Assembly (NCBI GenBank): GCA_045656445.1
Contig: JAZORD010000027.1
Span: 2,452 to 66,451 of the forward strand
DNA: 64,000 bases
DNA from: Eubacteriales bacterium
Lineage (GTDB): Bacteria > Bacillota > Clostridia > Oscillospirales > CAG-272
Direction of reading: 5' to 3'
Below the pieces are notes generated by a model. It saw nothing but the letters and a program-made list of their open reading frames with translations. It was not told the DNA's origin and ran no database searches. Shown in pieces: positions 1 to 11,322 of this stretch. Position numbers and translations under genes: made by a program. How positions within the stretch are numbered: position 1 is the first letter of the stretch; each line of letters opens with the position of its first letter.

Positions 1-251
1 AGGTTGACAATACCTTCATATTCATTATATATATCGTACAGTCTGTGGTATTCCGAAAGCTCTCTTTCAACCCGAGCCGTAAGATTTGAAAAATCTTCTT
101 CACGACTTCCCGAATAATCGTAAAAGGTAGTTACGGTGTCAAAATAATCGTACATTACGCGGTTTTTTGGTGCAGGGTCGGGGACAGAGCAGGAGAATGC
201 GGATAGCAAAACGGATAAACACAAAAAAACTGCTGTAATTTTCCTTTTCAT
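1..251 (-). CDS. Partial lipoprotein, ApbE-like FAD:protein FMN transferase (N-terminal 83 codons; continues past the window start)
   Basis: My own minus-strand translation from the ATG at 251 gives MKRKITAVFLCLSVLLSAFSCSVPDPAPKNRVMYDYFDTVTTFYDYSGSREEDFSNLTARVERELSEYHRLYDIYNEYEGIVN. It has a signal peptide with a lipobox-like LSAFSC and a YFDTV motif typical of ApbE N-termini. An AGGAGAG RBS lies upstream. The ORF is missing from the ORF track because it runs off the window. Confidence 0.5.
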   Translation of the reverse strand, partial: MKRKITAVFLCLSVLLSAFSCSVPDPAPKNRVMYDYFDTVTTFYDYSGSREEDFSNLTARVERELSEYHRLYDIYNEYEGIVN

Positions 252-291
252 AGGGGACTCTCCTCTCCGACCGCGTTTGTGACTTGCATTC

Positions 292-321
292 ATTATACAT
301 TAAATTTTGCTCTAGTGTCAA
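292..321 (-). promoter_or_regulatory. Sigma-A-type promoter for the ApbE-like gene
   Basis: On the minus strand: TTGACA (321..316), 18-nt spacer, TATAAT (297..292). Confidence 0.4.
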
Positions 322-480
322 TATTTTTCCTAATAAAGCGCAAAATATTTGCAAAGGAACCCGGAGTTCGCGGAGCCTGCCGAATTGTTCTCGCGCAATT
401 TCGCGGTTTAGGAAAATAACTCTAAAAAGAGAAATAATTTGCAAAGAGCGCCAAATGTTACGCTAATTATATCGTAGATA

Positions 481-509
481 TTGACAAGTTAGGAATTATA
501 TGCTAAAAT
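481..509 (+). promoter_or_regulatory. Sigma-A-type promoter upstream of the acyl-CoA ligase
   Basis: TTGACA (481..486), 17-nt spacer, TAAAAT (504..509), preceded by TGc (extended -10). Confidence 0.5.
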
Positions 510-643
510 GTGGACGGTTGGTTTTTAGCCAAGGCGGTATCTGTGGCGCAAAATTTCTTTAATACGCGTCTTTATCAACTCACCGCTTCAAAATCCATTA
601 ACCTGTGGATTTTGGTATATCCCAGACCGGAACGGAGATTTTT

Positions 644-2335
644 ATGAATAAGTATTTATTACACGAAAAACAGAATTTTTCAAGCATACGCGACCTGGTT
701 GAGCGCGCAGCTGAGATGTATCCCGAAAACGTTGCGTATTCCTATCGCGTAAACCCACACGATAAGGAAATTGTAAAGAAAACCTTTACCGAGCTTCGCG
801 ACGACGTAAGAGCGCTGGCGTCGGAATTCCTCGCGCGCGGTCTTGCGGGAAAGCATTGCGCGGTTATCGGCAAGTTTTCTTACTCTTGGGTGAGAATGTA
901 TTTCTCTCTTCTTTCAATAGGCGCGATTATAGTTCCTCTTGACAGAGATTGGCTTGCCGCAGACCTTGCGGAAACCGCAAAAAGAGCAGAGGTCGAGTAT
1001 CTTTTCATTGACGGAGAGCTGAGAGAAAAGGCGGGCGTAATTGAGGAAGCCTGCAAGACTAAATTTACTGTTTATATGTCCGGTGATGCAGAAGAGACTC
1101 TTGACGCAGTCATCGCGGCGGGGAAAGAAAAGTTTGAAGAGAGTCCCGATGCGTATTTTAACGCCCCGATAGATGTCGATGCGATGGCGCTTCTAGTTTT
1201 CACGTCAGGAACGACGGGCAAGGGCAAGGGCGTTATGCTTAATCAAAACGCTGTTCTTTCGGATCTTTCATCGGTTATTCCGTATATAGATTTTGGCAAA
1301 AAGACCGTAGGAGTCCTCCCGCCTCACCACACCTTCGGCTCAAGCGTTATGCTTGTCGGACATATGATGATAGGAACGGAGATATATATTTCTGCAGGTC
1401 TCAAATACGTCGTCAAGGAATTTAAGGAGCAGAAGCCGGAGCATCTCGTTTTAGTTCCGCTTTATCTTGAAACCTTTTACCGTAGAATGCAGGCGGCAAT
1501 AAAGGACCAGGGCAAAGAAAAGCTCGTAAGACGAATGATGAAAATAGCGAACTTCCTTCGCAAATTCGGTATCGACCTTCGTAAAAAGCTCTTTAAGTCG
1601 CTAAGAGAAGCGCTTGGCGGCGAGATAAAAATGGTAATTTCGGGCGGAGCTCCCATTAACGCCGATATAATCTATTTCTTTGAAAGCCTTGGAATTTCAA
1701 CACTCAACGGCTACGGCATTACCGAGTGCGCGCCTATCATAGCGGTAAACTATACAAAGCACGTAGTTCACGGCACTGTTGGAGATGTGCTTGATATCGA
1801 CACGGTTAAAATAGCAGAACCCAACGAATTCGGCGAGGGTGAAATCTGCGTTAAGGGTCCTAATGTAATGCTCGGCTATTACAAGGATGAGGATGCAACG
1901 CGCGATGCCTTTGACGATGAGGGATATTTCAAAACCGGTGACTACGGCAAGATCACGAGCGAGGGTGTTCTTGCAATTACAGGAAGAAAGAAGAACCTTA
2001 TCATCCTCTCTAACGGAAAGAACGTTTACCCTGAGGAAATTGAAAACGAGTTCGTATCCGTCCCCGGAGTTATAGACATTATCGTTTACGAGGGACAGTC
2101 AAGGCGAGGACTTGAGCACAATGCAATTGTTGCCGAGATATATCCCGACAAGGATTTTCTTGAGAAAAACTCCATCACGGATGCGAAAAAGTATTTCCAG
2201 AAATTCGTTGACGATTATAACAGGCACGCCGTTCCTTATAAGAAGATTGGCGTTCTCAAGGTTCGTGACGAGGAGTTCCCGAAGAACACTCTCCGTAAGA
2301 TTCTGAGATTCAAGCTTGATATGACTATTGACTGA
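644..2335 (+). CDS. Long-chain acyl-CoA synthetase / AMP-dependent ligase
   Basis: Contains the AMP-binding signature FTSGTTGKGKGV, plus GYGITE and a C-terminal KTGD...GRKKN motif. I prefer the ATG at 644 (GGAG RBS at 634..637) over the GTG at 605 used by the ORF track. Confidence 0.85.
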   Translation: MNKYLLHEKQNFSSIRDLVERAAEMYPENVAYSYRVNPHDKEIVKKTFTELRDDVRALASEFLARGLAGKHCAVIGKFSYSWVRMYFSLLSIGAIIVPLDRDWLAADLAETAKRAEVEYLFIDGELREKAGVIEEACKTKFTVYMSGDAEETLDAVIAAGKEKFEESPDAYFNAPIDVDAMALLVFTSGTTGKGKGVMLNQNAVLSDLSSVIPYIDFGKKTVGVLPPHHTFGSSVMLVGHMMIGTEIYISAGLKYVVKEFKEQKPEHLVLVPLYLETFYRRMQAAIKDQGKEKLVRRMMKIANFLRKFGIDLRKKLFKSLREALGGEIKMVISGGAPINADIIYFFESLGISTLNGYGITECAPIIAVNYTKHVVHGTVGDVLDIDTVKIAEPNEFGEGEICVKGPNVMLGYYKDEDATRDAFDDEGYFKTGDYGKITSEGVLAITGRKKNLIILSNGKNVYPEEIENEFVSVPGVIDIIVYEGQSRRGLEHNAIVAEIYPDKDFLEKNSITDAKKYFQKFVDDYNRHAVPYKKIGVLKVRDEEFPKNTLRKILRFKLDMTID

Positions 2336-2343
2336 TAAAACAG

Positions 2344-2376
2344 AAGACCGTTTCGAAAAGAGGCGGTCTTTTCAAT
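2344..2376 (+). terminator. Rho-independent terminator
   Basis: Stem AAGACCG (2344..2350) pairs with CGGTCTT (2364..2370), followed by TTTT. Confidence 0.6.
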
Positions 2377-2469
2377 TTGTGGTATTCGTTAATAATTAAA
2401 TTTGGCCTTGCATTGACAACCGGTATACATTGTGTTAAAATGGTGGTGATTAATCCTTGGGGGAATGAA

Positions 2470-3246
2470 ATGGACGCGGTAAAAAAAGAGATTTATAAAG
2501 AGCACTTTGCGGATTATCTTCTTTGCCTTGCGCTTGATGTGGGGGAGGCTCTTCTTAAAAACGGAGCGGAAATAAGCAGAGTGGAGGATACGATAGAGCG
2601 TATTTGCCGCGCGTATGGAGCGAAGCATATAGAGGTGTTTTGTATCATTTCCTGCATAAACGTCGCAATAAGAATGCCTGACGGCACGTACTCTTCTCAG
2701 ATGAGAAGGGTGAAGGCTATTTCCAATAATCTTTACGCGCTTGAGGAGCTTAATGCGCTTTCACGCAAGGTCTGCCGGGAAAAGCCCGAGCTTGAAGAGT
2801 TTGACCGAAAGATTCACGAAATAAGGAAAACAAAGGTATATCCGACATATATAAGCTTTGTTGCATACGGAGCCGCTGCGGGAAGCTTTGCTTTGTTCTT
2901 TGGCGGAAATTTCAAGGACGTGTTGGTCGCCTTTGTTTTGGGTCTTGTTATTGCGCTTGTGGATAAATACGCTCCCTCGCGCCTCACGGAAATTGCCAAA
3001 ACTGCAATATCATCCTTCCTTGCCTGCTCACTTGCGATGCTCGCGGTTAAAGTCGGAATAGGCAACAATGAGAGCGCGATAATTACCGGCTTTATTATGC
3101 TTCTTGTACCGGGCGTTCTGTTTGGAACTGCCATGCGTGACATTTTCTGCGGTGACCTTCTGGCGGGCTCGCTTAAGACCTTGCAGGCGCTATTGCTTTC
3201 GTTTACCATTGCTCTCGGATATATGGCGGCAGCATTGATTTTTTGA
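2470..3246 (+). CDS. Threonine/serine exporter family protein (ThrE / YjjP-like)
   Basis: N-terminal soluble segment followed by 4-5 TM helices, in the usual pairing with a downstream small partner. Start placed at the ATG at 2470 (MDAVKKE). Confidence 0.7.
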   Translation: MDAVKKEIYKEHFADYLLCLALDVGEALLKNGAEISRVEDTIERICRAYGAKHIEVFCIISCINVAIRMPDGTYSSQMRRVKAISNNLYALEELNALSRKVCREKPELEEFDRKIHEIRKTKVYPTYISFVAYGAAAGSFALFFGGNFKDVLVAFVLGLVIALVDKYAPSRLTEIAKTAISSFLACSLAMLAVKVGIGNNESAIITGFIMLLVPGVLFGTAMRDIFCGDLLAGSLKTLQALLLSFTIALGYMAAALIF

Positions 3247-3257
3247 TAGGAGTATAT

Positions 3258-3740
3258 ATGGATAAGTTTTTCACACTGGAGCTTCTTGTGAAGCTTATAG
3301 CCTCGTTCTTGGGTTCTGCCGCCTTTGCGGTGGTCTTTAAAGTAAACAAACGTCACGTCGTTTTTGGAGCGTTAAACGGTTTTGTCACTTATTTTATATA
3401 CTACACTGTAATCTTCTTTATCAATTCGTCATTTGCCGCGGCGTTCATTTCAACTGCCGCAGCTGCGGTGTTTGCTGAGCTATTTGCGAGAGTAAGACGC
3501 GCTCCCGCAAGCGTATTTCTGATTCCAGGCGTTATTCCCACAGTGCCCGGAAGCAATCTTTATTTCTTTATGAGAAATATACTTGAAACAAACACAGCCG
3601 AGGCGCTCTCGCAGCTTGTTATAGCCTTGAGCATCGCTCTCGGAATTGCTTGCGGAACGGTAAGTGTTTCTATCACGTGGGGAATAATAAGCGATAAAAA
3701 ATCGAAAGGAAAAACAAAGAGCGAAAAGGCGCAACCGTAA
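3258..3740 (+). CDS. Threonine/serine exporter family small subunit (YjjB-like)
   Basis: About 160 aa with four hydrophobic helices, immediately downstream of the YjjP-like gene. ATG at 3258 with an AGGAG RBS. Confidence 0.65.
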   Translation: MDKFFTLELLVKLIASFLGSAAFAVVFKVNKRHVVFGALNGFVTYFIYYTVIFFINSSFAAAFISTAAAAVFAELFARVRRAPASVFLIPGVIPTVPGSNLYFFMRNILETNTAEALSQLVIALSIALGIACGTVSVSITWGIISDKKSKGKTKSEKAQP

Positions 3741-3811
3741 GGCACGTTTGCAATATCTGCAAAAGACAACGACAGAAAAACGCAGGAATGAATGTACGTG
3801 CGCCCCGTGTA

Positions 3812-3852
3812 ACAAAAAAAGAACTTGGCCTTTTCACCCAAGTTCTTTTTTG
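3812..3852. terminator. Bidirectional terminator between the convergent thrE-like gene and dnaJ
   Basis: GAACTTGG (3821..3828) pairs with CCAAGTTC (3838..3845). An A-run lies on the 5' side and a T-run on the 3' side. Confidence 0.6.
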
Positions 3853-3853
3853 T

Positions 3854-4996
3854 TTATTTATTAAACAGCTTTTTGAAAAAGCTGTCCTTCTTTCCGGTGT
3901 TGCTCTCGCCGAGGGTTTTTGAAAACTCCGTAAGGAGCTTTTTTTGCTCGGCTGTGAGGTTTTTCGGCGTCTCGACAAGAACGGTTATGATAAGGTCGCC
4001 CTTGCGCTTTGTGTTTATGTCGGAAATTCCTTTGCCCTTCAATGTGAAGCTTGTGCCCGTTTGCGTGCCCTCGGGAATCTGATATTTCTCGGTCTTATCT
4101 CCGAGTGTGGGAATATCAATCTCTGCGCCAAGGGCTGCCTCCGAGAACGAAATCGGTATTTCGCAGTAAACGTTATTTCTCTCGCGTGTGAAGAGCTTGT
4201 GCTCCTTGACTCTCACCTCGATTATAAGGTCACCCGCGGGTCCGCCGTTTCTTCCTGCAGAGCCCTGTCCGCGAAGGACTATTCGCTGCATATTGTCTAT
4301 ACCTGCAGGAATTGTAACCTCTAGCTTTTTATTTACCTTAATGTATCCCTTGCCGTTGCAGTTTTTGCATGGGGTTTTGATTATCTTACCCGTGCCGCGA
4401 CAAGCAGAGCAGGCGCGCTGCGTTTGCATATATCCGAGCATTGTCTGCTGCTGAATTGTTACACGCCCCGACCCGTGACACGTAGAACAGGTTTCGGGCT
4501 TCGTTCCCTTCGCGGCTCCGGTCGCAGAGCAATCGGGGCAGGCTTCAACCCTTGCAAAGCTTATTTCCTTCTTGCAGCCGAACACCGCTTCGTCAAAGGA
4601 AACGGTTATTCTCGCCATAACGTCGTCGCCCTCAATAGGAACGTTGCGGGTGCTCCTTGACGAGCCACCGCCGCCAAAGAATGAGGAGAAAATATCGCCG
4701 AAATCAAAATCGGCACCGCCGAATCCGCCAAATCCTCCAAATCCTCCGCCGCCCCCCATAGAAGGGTCGAACGCCGCGTGGCCAAACTGGTCGTATTTCG
4801 CGCGCTTGTCGGAATCCGAAAGCACGGCGTATGCTTCGTTTGCTTCCTTGAATTTTGCCTCGGCTTCCTTGTCGCCGGGATTCATATCGGGGTGATATTT
4901 TTTGGCAAGAACTCTGTATGCTTTTTTTATCTCGTCTTCTGACGCTCCCTTTGAAACGCCAAGCACCTCATAGTAATCTCGTTTGTTATCTGCCAT
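3854..4996 (-). CDS. dnaJ: Molecular chaperone DnaJ
   Basis: J domain with HPD (KKYHPDMNP), a G/F-rich region, and four CxxCxGxG zinc-finger repeats. Confidence 0.95.
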   Translation of the reverse strand: MADNKRDYYEVLGVSKGASEDEIKKAYRVLAKKYHPDMNPGDKEAEAKFKEANEAYAVLSDSDKRAKYDQFGHAAFDPSMGGGGGFGGFGGFGGADFDFGDIFSSFFGGGGSSRSTRNVPIEGDDVMARITVSFDEAVFGCKKEISFARVEACPDCSATGAAKGTKPETCSTCHGSGRVTIQQQTMLGYMQTQRACSACRGTGKIIKTPCKNCNGKGYIKVNKKLEVTIPAGIDNMQRIVLRGQGSAGRNGGPAGDLIIEVRVKEHKLFTRERNNVYCEIPISFSEAALGAEIDIPTLGDKTEKYQIPEGTQTGTSFTLKGKGISDINTKRKGDLIITVLVETPKNLTAEQKKLLTEFSKTLGESNTGKKDSFFKKLFNK

Positions 4997-5010
4997 AATG
5001 TTACCTTAAT

Positions 5011-5038
5011 GTCCCGAGAGCAGTCTTACTCTCGGGAC
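5011..5038. other. Perfect 10-bp hairpin in the dnaK-dnaJ spacer
   Basis: GTCCCGAGAG (5011..5020), 8-nt loop, CTCTCGGGAC (5029..5038). The T-tract lies on the plus-strand (antisense) side only. Confidence 0.6.
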
Positions 5039-5055
5039 TTTTTGTCATTGTGAAA

Positions 5056-6909
<1,854 letters not shown>

Positions 6910-6917
6910 TTATTAGC

Positions 6918-7469
6918 TTAGTTTGCGGTTTTCACCATAGCGAAGCGGATTATCCTTCCGCCTTTCTTGTATCCCTTTTGGAACACCTCGACTATTTCGT
7001 TTTCGCCAAACGAATCGTCCTCTATATGCATTACTGCATTATGAATATTGGGATCGAATTTATCACCGACCGCACCGACCGCCTCAATTCCCAGCTTAGA
7101 AAATACGCTCTCAACCGATTTGGCGATCATCACAAGACCCTCCTTGACCTTTGCTGCGTCATCGTAGAGCGCGGCTCGTTCAAGGTTGTCTGTTATAGCC
7201 AGAAATTCCGATACGGTTTTGGACATGGCAACCTCGTAGGTCGCGTCCTTTTCCTCTCTTGAGCGACGTCTGAAATTATCGTACTCCGCCGCCATTCTGA
7301 GAAATTTATCGTCCTTTTCACGAATTTCTTCTTTAAGCTTTTCTATTTCTTCAAGAAGCGCCTTTTCGGCATCCTTCTTTGCGGGCTTCTTTTCCTTTTT
7401 TTTATCTGCCGCAAGCTCTTCCTTAAGCTCTTCTTCGGCAACCTCTTCCTTTTTCATCTCTTCCATCAA
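6918..7469 (-). CDS. grpE: Nucleotide exchange factor GrpE
   Basis: Charged coiled-coil N-terminus with a GrpE core (RRR..E, FDPN.H.A), positioned between hrcA and dnaK. Confidence 0.95.
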   Translation of the reverse strand: MMEEMKKEEVAEEELKEELAADKKKEKKPAKKDAEKALLEEIEKLKEEIREKDDKFLRMAAEYDNFRRRSREEKDATYEVAMSKTVSEFLAITDNLERAALYDDAAKVKEGLVMIAKSVESVFSKLGIEAVGAVGDKFDPNIHNAVMHIEDDSFGENEIVEVFQKGYKKGGRIIRFAMVKTAN

Positions 7470-8539
7470 AACTTACCGTCCTTTCCGTCGCTAAGCAAAC
7501 GCTCGTCGTCGCTAAATATTCTGTCAATTCCCGATGCCAGTTGGTTTATCATTCCTATTACCTTTGAATAATTCATTCTCTTGGGACCGATAACGCCAAC
7601 GGCAAGTCTTTTTCCTCCGACGTTCACGTTTTTGAATATCAGAGTCGTGTTGCTCATAGCATCGGAATCGTTTTCCGTTCCTATATAAACGTTAATTCCG
7701 TCGTCGCTTGTGGTATGTGAAGAAATAACGTCGAGCAGCTTATCCTTTTCTTCAAGAACTCCAAGAAGGTTTCTTAGCTTTTCGGTGTCTGAATATTCGG
7801 GATATTTCAAGAGCTTATTGATTCCGTCAAGCTTTATGTCGGCGGTATCAAGCTCGTTCATAGTTTCATAAATCACCTTGACCGCCGGATGAACCATAGC
7901 GCCCGAAGAACCCATAAGAGCCTCAAGCTTTACTACAACCTGCATACTTATGTTTTCACACGGGGTGTTGACGAGGTATATATTCGCTGCCTCAGTGAAT
8001 CTGCGAAGGTCATCCTCCGAAATGGAGAAAGAAAGGTGTATAGGCTTCGCCTTTACAATATCACCTGAGAACATCATTACGAGAAGAAAGTCCCTCGGTG
8101 AAATATACACGCTGTCAAACTTAGATATACGGACATTGCCGATACCGGACTTGAAGGCAATGCCGGTGTAGTCGGTGAATGATGCCGCAAGCCTTGAAGC
8201 CTCAGCAAGTATTTCGTCCATCTCGGTGAGCTTGTAGCGGAGCTTTTCGTTAATTTCGTCGATTTCGGTTTTCGTTTCGCTGTACTGACGGACAAGAGCG
8301 TCAACGTAATACCTGTAGCCAAGCTCTGAAGGAACTCTTCCCGCTGAGGTGTGCGGCTGAACGAGATAGCCCATCTCCTCCAGCTCAGCCATTTCGTTTC
8401 TTATCGTAGCGGGTGAGCAGGAAATAAGCGCGTCCTGAGAAAGATATTTTGAGCCGACAGGCTCACCGTGGTTGATATGAGCGTCAACGATTGCTTTAAG
8501 AATCTGTTTTTTTCTCGCAGAAAGCCTAGAATCCTCCAA
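7466..8539 (-). CDS. hrcA: Heat-inducible transcription repressor HrcA
   Basis: N-terminal winged helix (RKKQILKAIVD...GEPVGSKYL). First gene of the hrcA-grpE-dnaK-dnaJ operon, preceded by CIRCE. Confidence 0.95.
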   Translation of the reverse strand: MEDSRLSARKKQILKAIVDAHINHGEPVGSKYLSQDALISCSPATIRNEMAELEEMGYLVQPHTSAGRVPSELGYRYYVDALVRQYSETKTEIDEINEKLRYKLTEMDEILAEASRLAASFTDYTGIAFKSGIGNVRISKFDSVYISPRDFLLVMMFSGDIVKAKPIHLSFSISEDDLRRFTEAANIYLVNTPCENISMQVVVKLEALMGSSGAMVHPAVKVIYETMNELDTADIKLDGINKLLKYPEYSDTEKLRNLLGVLEEKDKLLDVISSHTTSDDGINVYIGTENDSDAMSNTTLIFKNVNVGGKRLAVGVIGPKRMNYSKVIGMINQLASGIDRIFSDDERLLSDGKDGKF

Positions 8540-8563
8540 AATATCACCTCTTTCGATAAAATT

Positions 8564-8590
8564 TTAGCACTTGATATCGCCGAGTGCTAA
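8564..8590 (-). promoter_or_regulatory. CIRCE operator (HrcA binding site)
   Basis: TTAGCACTT-GATATCGCC-GAGTGCTAA, a near-perfect match to TTAGCACTC-N9-GAGTGCTAA. It lies just downstream of the -10 element. Confidence 0.9.
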
Positions 8591-8603
8591 TCTCGACATC
8601 TAT

Positions 8604-8632
8604 AATATAATCTTTTTTTCCCGCAATGTCAA
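8604..8632 (-). promoter_or_regulatory. Sigma-A-type promoter of the hrcA operon
   Basis: On the minus strand: TTGACA (8632..8627), 17-nt spacer, TATATT (8609..8604). Confidence 0.6.
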
Positions 8633-8671
8633 GACTTTAAACACAAAAATCTATGAATTTTTTGTTAACAT

Positions 8672-8698
8672 TTAGCACTTGGAGTGACTGTCGGCTAA
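8672..8698 (-). promoter_or_regulatory. Second, degenerate CIRCE-like inverted repeat
   Basis: The plus strand reads TTAGCACTT-GGAGTGACT-GTCGGCTAA. One arm is canonical and the other deviates at 2-3 positions. It sits about 40 nt upstream of the -35 element. Confidence 0.45.
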
Positions 8699-8750
8699 TT
8701 CTCTGTAAACAACGCGGTTTATTTTTGACAAAATAAGTTTGCTTTTGGTA

Positions 8751-8779
8751 TTGACTTTAGCGGTGATATATTATATAAT
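8751..8779 (+). promoter_or_regulatory. Sigma-A-type promoter upstream of rny
   Basis: TTGACT (8751..8756), 17-nt spacer, TATAAT (8774..8779). Confidence 0.55.
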
Positions 8780-8900
8780 ATACTTGTATGAATAGGCTTT
8801 GTTTTTGCGGAGGTGGGTTCTTCGCCGCAAGGGATGTTTCATATTAAAAAATATTGTTCTTTCGACATAGATTACAAAAAGTAATCAGAAGGAGGTGTAA

Positions 8901-10442
8901 ATGGACGTAATTTCTTTAGTAGTTGGAATTGCCGCCGGCGCCGCCCTTGGCATCGCGGTAGGATTTTTTGTTCGTAAATCTTTTGCTGAAAAGAAGCTGG
9001 GTTCTGCTGAAACTCAGGCGAAGCGTATACTTGAAGACGCTATAAAAAACGCCGAGAGCGCTAAAAAGGAATCGATAATATCTGCAAAAGAAGAAATATT
9101 CCAGATGAAAAAAGAGGCGGACTTCGACGTAAAGGAGCGCCGCAAGGAAGTATCAAGGCTTGAGCGCCGCGTAACTCAGAAGGAGGAAACGCTTGACGCA
9201 AAGCTTGATGCTCTCGAAAAAAAAGAGGCTGCGCTCGCAGAAAAGCATGCGGAAGCAGCTTCGCTTAAGGAAAAAGTTCAGCAGGCACTTGAGGCTCAGC
9301 TCGTCGTTCTTGAAAAAACGGCAGGGCTTACGAGAGAAGAGGCAAAGGCTGAGCTTGTTGCCAAGCTTGACAGTGAAATGCAGCACGAAACTGCGCTCAA
9401 AATCGCAGAGTATGAGGAAAAGTTCAAGGATGAGGCAGACACTAAGGCGCGCGATATTCTTTCGCTCGCTATTCAGCGCTTTGCCGCAGACCACGTAAGC
9501 GAGGTCGCAATCTCGGTGGTTCAGATACCGAGCGACGAGATGAAGGGAAGAATTATCGGCCGTGAGGGTAGAAATATCCGCACTATCGAAAACCTGACCG
9601 GAGTCGAGCTTATAATTGACGACACGCCCGACGTTATTACCGTTTCGGGATTTGACCCCGTAAGACGCGAGATTGCAAGAATAGCTCTTGAAAAGCTTGT
9701 TTCCGACGGAAGAATTCACCCTGCAAGAATTGAGGAAATGGTTGAGAAGGCTCGCCGTGACGTTGACCTTTCAATAAAGCAGGCGGGAGAGAGGGCTGTT
9801 TTTGAAACCGGTGTTCACGGACTCCACCCTGAGCTGATTAAGCTTCTTGGAAGAATGAAGTATCGTACCTCTTACGGTCAGAACGCTCTTCGCCACTCCA
9901 TTGAGGTTTCTATGCTCGCCGGCGTTATGGCGGACGAGATGGGCGTTGACGTTACTATGGCAAAGAGAGCCGGACTTCTTCACGACATCGGTAAGGCGCT
10001 TACCGCCGAGGCTGAGGGCTCGCATATTCAGCTTGGCGTTGAAATTGCCAACAAGTATCGCGAGAATAAGGAAATTGTTCACGCAATCGAGGCTCACCAT
10101 AACGACGTTGAGCCGAAAACCACGCTTGCATTCATTATTCAGGCGGCAGACGCTATCAGCGCCGCAAGACCCGGCGCGCGCAGAGAAGATGTTGAAAACT
10201 ACATTAAGCGTTTGCAGAAGCTTGAGGAGGTTGCCGGCAGCTTTAACGGAATTGACAAAACCTTTGCTATCCAGGCGGGCCGTGAGGTACGCATAATGGT
10301 TAAGCCGGAGGTTATAGACGACGACAAGATGAAGATTCTGGCGCGCGATATCGCCAAGAAGATTGAAAGCGAGCTTGATTATCCCGGTCAGATAAAGGTC
10401 AGCGTTATCCGTGAAAACAGAACGGTTGACTATGCAAAATAA
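8901..10442 (+). CDS. rny: Ribonuclease Y
   Basis: N-terminal TM helix, a long coiled coil, a KH domain ([12 protein letters not shown]) and an HD domain (LLHDIGKA). Confidence 0.95.
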   Translation: MDVISLVVGIAAGAALGIAVGFFVRKSFAEKKLGSAETQAKRILEDAIKNAESAKKESIISAKEEIFQMKKEADFDVKERRKEVSRLERRVTQKEETLDAKLDALEKKEAALAEKHAEAASLKEKVQQALEAQLVVLEKTAGLTREEAKAELVAKLDSEMQHETALKIAEYEEKFKDEADTKARDILSLAIQRFAADHVSEVAISVVQIPSDEMKGRIIGREGRNIRTIENLTGVELIIDDTPDVITVSGFDPVRREIARIALEKLVSDGRIHPARIEEMVEKARRDVDLSIKQAGERAVFETGVHGLHPELIKLLGRMKYRTSYGQNALRHSIEVSMLAGVMADEMGVDVTMAKRAGLLHDIGKALTAEAEGSHIQLGVEIANKYRENKEIVHAIEAHHNDVEPKTTLAFIIQAADAISAARPGARREDVENYIKRLQKLEEVAGSFNGIDKTFAIQAGREVRIMVKPEVIDDDKMKILARDIAKKIESELDYPGQIKVSVIRENRTVDYAK

Positions 10443-10451
10443 ATGAACATA

Positions 10452-10482
10452 GTGGGACGGAGAGCTTATTTCTTCGTCCCAC
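10452..10482 (+). terminator. Weak terminator-like hairpin after rny
   Basis: GTGGGACG (10452..10459) pairs with CGTCCCAC (10475..10482). The T-tract is poor (ATCTTT), so read-through into ymdB is plausible. Confidence 0.35.
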
Positions 10483-10539
10483 ATCTTTAATTTAATATTT
10501 ATTAAGGAAAAAATTTTCATAGAAAAGAGTATATACATC

Positions 10540-11313
10540 TTGAATATAATGGTCATCGGGGACGTGACGAGTCCTCTGGGAGTAGAGCATCTTAAAAAAA
10601 ATCTCTGGCGTGTGCGAGAGGAAAATAAAATTGACTTTTGCGTTGTCAATGGAGAGAACGCATCATTTGTAACCGGAATTTCTCCGGAGCTTGCGGATAT
10701 TCTTCTCTCAGCGGGGGCTGACGCTATAACCGGCGGCAATCACACCCTCCGCAACAGAAGCGTCTATACTTACCTTGACGATACGCGTGAGATATTGCGT
10801 CCGATAAATTTCGGTGACGGAGCGCCGGGGCGCGGATATACAATACTTGACGCTATGGGATACAGAATACTCGTTATAAACGCTCTCGGAAATGTTCACA
10901 TCGACCCTGTGCTTGATTCTCCGTTTTCGTATATAGATAAAGTTCTTTTACACGAGGCTGGAAATTACGATTTTTCTGTGCTCGATATTCACGCTGAGGC
11001 TACGGGAGAAAAGCTAGCTGTGGGATACGCCTACGACGGAAAAATAAACGTAATATTCGGAACTCACACGCACGTGCAAACGGCAGATGAGCAGATTTTG
11101 CCAAACGGAACGGGATACATCTCCGACGTGGGCATGTGCGGCGAGAGCGGTGGCATTCTTGGAATGGATGCCGATTGCGTGGTAGAGCGTATGCGAACGA
11201 AAATACCATATAAATTCAAGGCGGCGTCGGGGCCTGCCGTGGCTTGTGCGGTTATATTCACACTTGATTTGGCAAGCCGCCGTGTTACTGAAATTAAACG
11301 ATTAAAGTTTTAA
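10540..11313 (+). CDS. ymdB: YmdB-family metallophosphoesterase (2',3'-cyclic-nucleotide phosphodiesterase-like)
   Basis: Motifs GDV, GENA and GNH, in the conserved rny-ymdB arrangement. The start is either TTG at 10540 or ATG at 10549. Confidence 0.85.
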   Translation: MNIMVIGDVTSPLGVEHLKKNLWRVREENKIDFCVVNGENASFVTGISPELADILLSAGADAITGGNHTLRNRSVYTYLDDTREILRPINFGDGAPGRGYTILDAMGYRILVINALGNVHIDPVLDSPFSYIDKVLLHEAGNYDFSVLDIHAEATGEKLAVGYAYDGKINVIFGTHTHVQTADEQILPNGTGYISDVGMCGESGGILGMDADCVVERMRTKIPYKFKAASGPAVACAVIFTLDLASRRVTEIKRLKF

Positions 11314-11322
11314 GGTGAAAAT

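Noticed and set aside
139-444. 101-aa minus-strand ORF and the overlapping 60-aa plus-strand ORF in the first intergenic region
   Set aside because: It is in a different frame from the convincing ApbE-like N-terminus that starts at 251. It spans a promoter region, has low-complexity composition, and has no RBS or recognisable motif.
590-613. AAAATCCA / TGGATTTT hairpin in the acyl-CoA ligase leader, as a possible attenuator
   Set aside because: The stem is 8 bp and almost entirely A-U, with no flanking conserved structure. That is too weak to call a terminator or riboswitch. Separately, the GTG at 605 that the ORF track uses lies inside this hairpin and lacks an RBS, so I prefer the ATG at 644.
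4572-4895. Plus-strand ORF encoding a [14 protein letters not shown] low-complexity peptide
   Set aside because: It is the antisense reading of the Gly/Phe-rich region of dnaJ and is an artefact of GGN/GAA repeats.
9771-10739. 322-aa minus-strand ORF antisense to rny and ymdB. Similar long antisense ORFs occur at 2814-3356, 34256-34774, 46013-46546, 47812-48558 and 62683-63399.
   Set aside because: Each lies fully opposite a strongly supported conserved gene, has Ser/Arg/Leu-rich shadow-frame composition, and has no RBS or recognisable domain.
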